Positions 54,200 to 64,000 of a DNA stretch of 64,000 nucleotides are shown one piece after another. Origin of the DNA: the human T2T-CHM13v2.0 reference genome, Homo sapiens. A program made the position numbers and the translations under genes. The notes beneath the pieces were generated by a model. It did no database searches. It worked only from the letters and a program-made list of their open reading frames with translations, and had not been told where the DNA came from. Position 1 is the first letter of the stretch. Every line of letters starts with the position of its first letter. The DNA lies in the NCBI RefSeq assembly GCF_009914755.1, contig NC_060927.1. One strand, given 5' to 3'.

Positions 54200-55170
54200 A
54201 TTCTAAAAATAAGCCTACCAGCAACTCCACTTCTAGGTATGTCCCTAGAGGAATGACAAGCAGAGACTTATCCATATTGATATTTGTACTCTGATGTTCA
54301 ATGCAGCATTATTCAAATAGCCAAAAGATGGAAACAACTGAAATGGTCATCACCAGATGAACAAAATGAATAGGTAATTAAAATATCATATACGCATGCA
54401 ATGGAATATTAAGCCATAAAAAGAAATGAAATTCTGACACGTTACAACACAAACCTTGAAAACATTGTGCTAAGTGAAATAAGCCAGATACAAAAGGACC
54501 AATATTTTATGATGCCACTTATATGAAATATCTAGAATAGGCAAATTCACAGAGACAGAAAGTAGACTAGGAGCTACTAGAAGCTGAGGAGAGGGTGACT
54601 GGGGAGCTATTGCTTCATGGTTACAGAGTTTCTGTCTGGAAGGAAGAAAAAGTTTTGAAAATAGATAATGGTGATGGCTGTATAACATTGTGAATATAAC
54701 TAATGGCACTGAATTTACATTTAAATATGGTTAAAATGGCAAATTTTGTTTTATATATATTTTACCACAATTAATTTTTTTTTTTTTTGAGACAGAGTCT
54801 TGCTCTGTCACCCACGCTGGAGTGCAGTGGTGTGATCTCAGGTCACTGCAACCTCTGACTCCCATATTCAAGCGATTCTCCTGCCCCAGTCTCCCGAGTA
54901 GCTGGAATTACAGGTGTGCGCCACCATGCCAGCCTAATTTTTGTATTTTTAGTGGAGATGGGATTTCACCATTTTGGCCAGGCTGGTCTCGAACTCCTGA
55001 CCTTAGATGATCTGCCTGCCTCGGCCTCCCAAAGTGCTGGGATTACAGGTATGAGCCACCACACCTGGCCTAAAAAATTAATAATATAACAAAAAACATT
55101 GAATGGTGTACTTTGAATGGGAGAAATGTATGTGAATTATACCTCAACAAATCTGTTTAGAAAATAAATA
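54200..55170 (+). mobile_element. L1MB-type 3' end, interrupted by an Alu
   Basis: ccagcaactccacttctaggtat...ggcaaattcacagagacagaaagtaga... Confidence 0.75.
54775..55070 (-). mobile_element. AluS
   Basis: Antisense dimer inside an L1. Confidence 0.9.
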
Positions 55171-56731
55171 AACCTGAAGTGGATTGTGAAATGAAGCAAT
55201 AGTCTATAAAAGAAACAAGTCCACAGGCATTATAATCAAATCAAGTAAATCAGTAGTCCTGGCTGATAGAAGACACCCAAACTAAACATGGAACAGTAAC
55301 TCTTACCTAGAAAAAACTACAGTGCTCATGTCACACTCTCTGTAACAGGATACCCTTTGGGTCTGGACACCACATAAAAACTAATAGAATGGCAGAATAA
55401 TACTTCCTCCTTGATTTTCTTGGGAGCAATTGAGCAATGGTGATTACTGCAGCTACTAAAGGGCACTGTCAACAGAGGCTTTGAGCATAAGTGGGCACAA
55501 GTTTCCAGGGGAATATTTAACTCTAGTTTGAAATTTTACAATGACATAAGTGAAGAAAAACAGTAATAAAAATAACTGCTATGTATTATTCTCTGAGAAG
55601 ACATGCTAACCGTATTGCACAGATGTGGAAGGAGGGTACCTTGCCCACTGAGTACTGGAGTCAACACTCAAGTTTTGTTCTGTCTCTCTCCAAAGCTTCT
55701 CCAATCTGTGACTCTACCTCTCACACAATACTGGGCGACTCTTCAAAAAAAAAAAAAAAAAAAAAAAAAGGCTCAGATTGGTGAGAGAGGTAACAAATTG
55801 CATATCTGCCATATCTTTAAAACTTGCTTAAAGATGATTTCATTCTATTTGGAGAAACTCTGGAGTAAGAGGGATGCTTAAAGAGAAAAATTCAAATTTA
55901 TCTCTTCTGTGAGCCCCTCCAACACAGGACCATGGTAGACTTATCACTCACCTCTAGCATTTAACACGGAAATTGTAAGACTGGTGTTGAATGTTTGTAT
56001 AATGATTAAGTGGATGATCGACAGATCTCAGAAAAATAATTTGTGAAAGGTTTGCCCTGTGCTCTGAAGGTTAACACCTTTGTGTATAGCAAATTCTGGA
56101 GAATCTCTTAGGGAGTAAGTAAATCTCTGAAACTAGGTTTTTGTTGACAAATCTTGCTGTGGAAAACATCTAGAACAATTGTACAAGATGTTTTAAAATA
56201 TCTTTTTGAAAGCATCAGAAAGCTACCAAAGCAGAAAGGAATTAAGTGGTTACAATTCCAAAAAAATGGAAAATGTCATGATGCAAGTCTGATATTTGTT
56301 ACTAGTTTTCCCATCAAGGTATTTGTCAATTCACAAGGGCCAACTGAGAGGCTAGAAGCCGAACACAACTTCTGGGAGTCTTCTAGGGCTGAGAAGATAA
56401 AAATTGGACTTCAGAGATCAGAACGGAGAAAGAACCCTGGTAAATACTTCAAGCTCTCAGTTGAGACCCCTAAGAAAGTGAACCAGAAGCGGACCAACCC
56501 TCAAGAAGACAGAAGCCCACTTTCAAATTAGCTTAATCCCTGATTGCATGAAGATGATCTCTGTCTACTCTAACTGCCTGGTAGAAGTAAAAGTAAATCT
56601 CTTTTGGAAGAAAAAACATATATAACCCAAATTATCTCTTTCTTTTTTGTTTTATTGACCTCTAGATGAGAAAAAACCCAACATATAGGAGACAACACTA
56701 TCTGATCAAAAACGAATAGAAAAAAAAGCCA

Positions 56732-57031
56732 GGGCCGGGCGTAGTGGCTCATACCTCTAAGCCCAGCACTTTGGGAGGCTGAAGTGGGCAGATCATGAGG
56801 TCAGGAGTTCAAGACCAGCCTGACCAACATGGTGAATCCCCATCTCTACTAAAAATATGAAAATTAGCCAGGTGTGGTGGTGCACAGCTGTAATCCCAGC
56901 TACTCAGGAGGCTGAGGCAGGAGAATCACTTAAACCCAGGAGGTGGAGGTTGCGGTGAGCTGAGATCACACCACTGCACTCCAGCCTGGGCAACAGAGCA
57001 AGACTCTGTCTCAAAAAAAAAAAAAAAAAAA
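56732..57031 (+). mobile_element. AluS
   Basis: Dimer; TSD gaaaaaaaagcca. Confidence 0.92.
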
Positions 57032-58109
57032 GGAAAAAAAAGCCATTGAAACAGACCCATAAGACATCATGGTATTGGAATAATCTGAAGAAAGCTTAAA
57101 ATTATGCCAATAAACATACAACAAAACAAGATGAGGAATTTCAGCAGAGAACTGGAAACAATTTTTAAAATCTAATGGAAGCTCTAGAACTGACAAATGC
57201 AATCATTGAAATTGAGTCTATAATATGGGTTTCACTCAGACAGTTGAAAAGAGGATTAATAAACTAGAAGATAGGTCAGAATAAAATCTAAACTAAAATA
57301 TGTTCGGGGGAAAGGATAGAAACAATGGAAGTGCTTAGGAGATACACAGAACACAGGAAAAAACGTCTAACACACATATCACTGGTGTTCTGAAAGGCAA
57401 GGTGGGAGAACGAAGTAAACATAACATTGGATGAGATAACAGCCAAGAATGTTCTAAAATCCACAAAAGAAATAATGCCATAGATTTAGGAAGTTCAAAC
57501 ACCCTCAAACAAGATGTATATAAAGAAAACTATGCATAGGCATACCATAGGAAAATTCCTAAAAATCAAAGATGAAAAGGAAATCTTAAAAGCACTAGAG
57601 AAAAAAAGACCTATACCATCAAAGGAAAACCAGTGACAGGTGATTTTTCAAAAGAAATGATGGAGGTCATACATACAAATATGGAATGGTATTTTGAAAA
57701 TGCTGATTTTTAAGACTGCATAAACTGATAGAAATAAAAAAATAGCCCTAGGAGTAGCTTAGACATAACATCTATCTAAGCTGTTCCTAGATCCTTTACC
57801 CTCAGAAACTGTGATATAATAAATATTTGTTATGTTGAGCTACTAGGTTTAGGGGTACTTTGTTACATGGCAATAGGTAGGGAGAAAATAAATCTCCTTT
57901 GAAAATTCATATGCACAGTCAGCCCTCTGATATATTTTGTAGCTAAAATTCACACTGCTTCTGTAGTACAAAAAAAATCCCTCAATTTAAGATTTTAATT
58001 TAAGGCGTAATGTTCCCTGGTACCTGCCAGAAGCAAATGCTAATTCTCTCTGGAAGAACCCACATTCACCCCAAATCTCAAATAATTCCTAAAGATAAAA
58101 GTTCCATGA

Positions 58110-58378
<269 letters not shown>

Positions 58379-59082
58379 TCAGCTCAGTCAAAATCACAAC
58401 ACACACGCAGAAACAAGACATCATGAACAAGAGGTCACAGAAACAACAAAAGGCAGAATGAGACAAAGAAAGACTCTGCATACTGAAATGATCAAATAGA
58501 GATATATAACAGAAGTATCTCTAGTATGTTTAAAGAAATAAAAGAAGAACATGTATACATAAGGAAAAAGCAAGAGAATTTAAAAATGGCTGAGTAAAAT
58601 TCGAACTGCTAATGTGAACTTATAGAATGAAAAATATAATTTAATAATTCAATGGAAAGGTTTTAATCTTAGAATTTATAGCTACTAAAGAGAAAGCAAC
58701 AATTGAAGAACATATTTCAAGACAATCAGAATGCTGCACAGAGAAAAAGAGATTACGAGCTGTGAAGGCTAGAATCAGAAGGTCTAACAAATTATCTAAT
58801 AGAAATAAATATTTGAAGACATAATGGCATAAACTTTTTAGGACTAGTGAAAAAAGATACCAAGCCACAAGTTCCAAAACTACCAAGCAGGATAAACGAA
58901 AAGAAAGTCACACTTAGATTCATCACAGAGAAACTATACAGCGTCAAATATAAAGAGAAAATCTCAGAAGCTGTCCAAGAGGAAAGACAGATTATCTTCA
59001 AGAGAGTGACAGAGTAGAGTAAACTGACTTCTCAGCAGCAACAATAAAAGCCCAAAGTCAGTATGCTGAGAGAAAACTATCA

Positions 59083-59511
<429 letters not shown>

Positions 59512-59957
59512 TCAGGCAGAAGAAGCAATAAAAGATAAAGAAAAGTGTGGTCCTGGGACAAAGGTACCAGACCTTTGTCTCAAGCTGTGCATTCATATAT
59601 CCACTGCCTACTCTACATCTCCACTAGGACATATACTAGACAAGTCTAACTTTGCACAGCCAAAACTGAACTCCTGATCTTCCCCCCACATAAATGGTAA
59701 CTCTGTCCTTCAAGTTGCCATTTAAAACACTTTAGAGTCACCCGACTCTCCTCTCTTTCATACTCCCCATCTGAAAATTATATTAGCACTAGTTTCATAA
59801 TATATTCTGAAACTGCCTAGTTCCTACTACCTTCATAAGCCACAATCACCTCTCACTGAGATGGCTGCAAAAACTTTCTAACTGGTCTTCCTACTCTACC
59901 CTTGCCGCACCTCCCAGGGTCTAATCTCAACACAGCAGCTGGAATCTGCTTTAATAG

Positions 59958-60390
<433 letters not shown>

Positions 60391-62819
60391 TCTCCTACTT
60401 CTTACCCCTTCATTTACTGGGCTCCAGCCACACTGGCCTCCTTGCTAGTCTTTAAAAATGCCATATACCTTCCCAAGTTCTCACTGGCTGCATTCTGCCT
60501 GGAATGCTCTTGTCCAGGCGGAGATATGCCACATGGCTCTCTCACCACCTTAAAATTTTTGTTTGAGCTCCACCTTTTCAGGAAAGCCTACAGCCACCAA
60601 GCACCTAAAACTGCAACCTGGCGCATGCAGAGTACTTGATGAATGTTTGTTAAATCATTTGCCAATAAATGAACTATGTGGGTCAAGTGAAATACTATCT
60701 GAAGCCATTATAGTAATGCCCCATGGGTTTTATTTTTTAAGGAGAGAACTAAAATACATGAAAACTAAACCCAGAGAATTAAAATACATGACAATAATAA
60801 CATACAAATCAAGAGGGCTGTAATTGGAGTTACAGTAAGTTAAAGAGGGATGCAATATGGAGAAAGTAAAGACATTGATTAATTTTAAACTATTACAAGA
60901 CAGCCAGACACAGGAGTGTATATTGTAAGAACTTGCTGCCTAAAAATGAGCAAAATGAATCTCTGGTGATAGAGGTGAGGACAGCTGTGAGCTCAGGAAT
61001 GGGTATGTGTGTCAATGACTAGAGAGGGACATTAGAGGGGCTTCCGGGGAGCTATGTGTTTGTCACAGGGCTGCGCTCCCGTTGCCTAAATTCACTGAGC
61101 TGTGTACTACGAGTTGTTCTTTTCTGGGGGTATAGATGTCACACTTAAATGGTAACCACTAAAAAAATTAGAATGCAGTGAATAACTTCCAAAGTAGAAG
61201 AGGGGGGAAAGAAATAAGAGGAAAAAACAAAACAAAACAAAAAACCTCAATCTAAAAGAAAGCAATAAAGGGAAAGAAAGAGCCAAAAAGGTAAACGAAT
61301 AGAAATTATAAAATAAGATAATTGAAATTCATCTATGTATATCAAGAAGTACAATGAATGAGAATGTATAAATATATCTGTTAAAAGACAAGAAATTTCA
61401 AACTAGATATTTTAAAAATTCGATTATATCCTGTTTATAAGGGACACATGTAAAGAGAACAAAGGATATAAAAAGGATGAAATTACAGCATTGGGAAAGA
61501 TACCTCAGAAAAATAAATACCAAGCAAAAGTATGCAGGTAAATGGTGTTAATGAATAACAGACCAAAAAAAGAAAAAAAAAAAAAAAAAAAAGGCTTCCA
61601 GGCAAAAAGCCTTATTAGAAATAGAGGGTTATATAATCCCTTTACTATTAAGTACTGAAGGATGTAATTCTCAATTTGCCCACCTAACAACATAACCTCA
61701 GAACTGGCAGAGCTACAAAGGGAAATACATGAGGACAACTCTCACTAAATAGTAGACTGAACTGACAAAAAATTAGGAAGCAGATCAAAGATATCAATGG
61801 CACCATTAATAAACTTAATCTGATGAACATGTATGTAGAATATAGTCAACAACTGTAAAATATACTTTCTTTTTATGCGCACATTGACCATTAATATTGG
61901 TGTATGTCAGGCTCTAAGACTAGGCTCAGCAGCTTTCAAGGGATTGGTATCACAGACTATATTCTCTAACCAGAATGCAAAAAGACTAGAAATCAAAAAA
62001 ACAGGAAAGTACTTATTTCCAGTAATTTAAAAAACACATATCAATGGTGAAGAGAAATCAAAATAGATATGTTTAGAAGCAAACAGTAAGAAATAGATTG
62101 CACATCAAAACTTACGAGATAAAGCCACAGCAGTACTTCAAGGAAATTTATAACCTTAAATATTTATATTAGAAAAGAAGAAAGGCTGCATTAAAAAGCT
62201 AAGCTTCAAATAAAGGAAGGAAATAATAAAGATAGGAACAGAAAGCTTCAAAACAGAACAAACATACAAGGGAGAGCTTGGGAGACATTACTATAAATTC
62301 TGTGGAGATTAAACCCATAATAAAGGAATAACATAAGCAACATTTTAACAATACATTTGAAAATTTAGATGAAATGGACAAATTATAAGTGTGGTAAGTC
62401 TAGATTGTATTTTTTATATTTAAAAAATTTGTAATATTCATTTTAACACATGCTTAAAATTAAAACGACATCATACTTAAAACAAAAAAAACCATACCAT
62501 TTATAGGCAGAAAACCTTTGTTTTTTTAACTTCAAAACTCAGGTGACTGAGCATAAAAACTGTGGGTTTTTTCTTTTAACCCACAGCAGAGACAGGAAAC
62601 CCCACCTAGGTGCATTAGGTGCCTCAAAAGGGTACAACGCTAGCAGGACTAAGCAGTTCAGATGCAGTCCAGAAACAGCAATCACTTGCTCCAAATAGAA
62701 AAATGAAGCTTCACTGACAGCTGACATCTGCACCATGCTTCACAGTATCTGAAGATTTTTTTTCCTATGTACATCAGCTATTTAAGTAGACACACATTTT
62801 CTTACATTTAAGATAAATA

Positions 62820-62977
62820 ATAGTTAACGGCTACCACTTATTAGACATATATGTGTCAGGAACTGTCCTGGATGGCTTACATACGTTCTTTTCAAGCTTT
62901 ACAGCACAACCAGATGCTGTAATCCCAGTTTTACAAATTAACAATCAGTAGACTGATTTGCTCATAGACTCACTCTT
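62820..62977. mobile_element. MIR, left part (continues at 63667-63730)
   Basis: Rejoined flanks read ...cccagttttacaaat...tgatttgctcatagactcac...gatgcaaacccaagtctagctga, which follows the MIR core. Confidence 0.65.
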
Positions 62978-63666
62978 TTTTTTTTTTAGGTAAATAAATA
63001 ATTATTGTTCATTTATTTGACTATGAAAGAAGAAAACAAACATTTATTGAGTGCCATTTATTTTTAAACTGTACAAGTCTGTGAGGTAAGTACGGCTACC
63101 TCTACTTTTATATAAAGGGAATTTACACAATTGGCTTAAGGTTGAAGAAATAGTGTCCAGGTTCAAAATCTGGTGTTCCTCATTCTGAAATCACATAGTC
63201 TGTATATTGGGCCACACATAAAAAGGAAAATAGTTTATCTTCTTCTCTCTTGCAAATAAGGACGGAGTTATTTTCTAGTGAGAAATAATTCTTATACACT
63301 TTGGTTACTGGAAACTTACTTTTTTCAGATGATGCATTAAATAAAGAAACCAGAGCTTAGCTTTACCTCTTTTGATATTGAAGTACATTAGCTGTGTCTC
63401 AAGGATAGGGGCTCCCATATATCCATGCTGCCTTAATAGGGGCTATAGTCTCAAGAGGATCTGTGCATTCTCTCCCATCACCCTACCTCTCACCTGAACT
63501 TTTGGAAAGATAATCTGGCCTGGAAGGAGAAGAAAATGGAGACAGAAATTTCCCCGGGTGAATTCTCACCATATAAGAAGTGAATCTGTAAGTAGCATTT
63601 AACACTGTATTATATATTGCAGTTTTTAAATACATGTCTTATATCTCCTACTCTCCTATAAGCATC
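62978..63666 (-). mobile_element. Orphan L1-mediated retro-insertion (retrocopy or 3' transduction, source unknown)
   Basis: Perfect 19-bp TSD TGCTCATAGACTCACTCTT (62959-62977, 63667-63685), T12 run 62976-62987, AATAAA (minus) 63012-63017, TT/AAGA endonuclease site; interrupts a MIR. Confidence 0.85.
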
Positions 63667-63798
63667 TGCTCATAGACTCACTCTTAACCACGTGGGTACA
63701 AGATGCAAACCCAAGTCTAGCTGATGCCTCCCTTCATCCATCCTTTTAAACAGGAGGGCTCCAGGCAGGAAGTTGTCCACAGAGCCACAGTGAGTTCA

Positions 63799-63987
<189 letters not shown>

Positions 63988-64000
63988 TTATTACTGATGG

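Overview
Human (primate) genomic DNA containing the 3' half of GLB1 (lysosomal acid beta-galactosidase, GH35) on the minus strand. Exons 10-16 splice cleanly at GT-AG sites and encode about G319-V677, followed by the 3' UTR, poly(A) signals and about 14.5 kb of downstream intergenic DNA. The rest is repeat-rich: about 40 Alus (some nested), L1, L2, MIR, MaLR/ERV LTRs and a MER1B. Intron 10 holds a full-length SEC13 processed pseudogene, a tailless U2 snRNA retrofragment, a MER52-type solo LTR with a perfect 59-bp duplication, and a ~690-bp orphan retro-insertion. That insertion has a 19-bp TSD, AATAAA and poly(A), splits a MIR, and carries a well-formed 26-nt cryptic exon in the GLB1 sense orientation. 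Intron 15 shows four short insertions whose templates are visible nearby (template-switch scars). I cannot demonstrate a new biological system from sequence alone. The best leads are the orphan retro-insertion with its candidate poison exon, the templated-insertion cluster, the G-to-A skew in the SEC13 retrocopy, and the stop-free phase-0 exon 11-15 block. Repeat subfamily names and boundaries are by-eye estimates, and exon and residue numbering is from my recall of the GLB1 reference.
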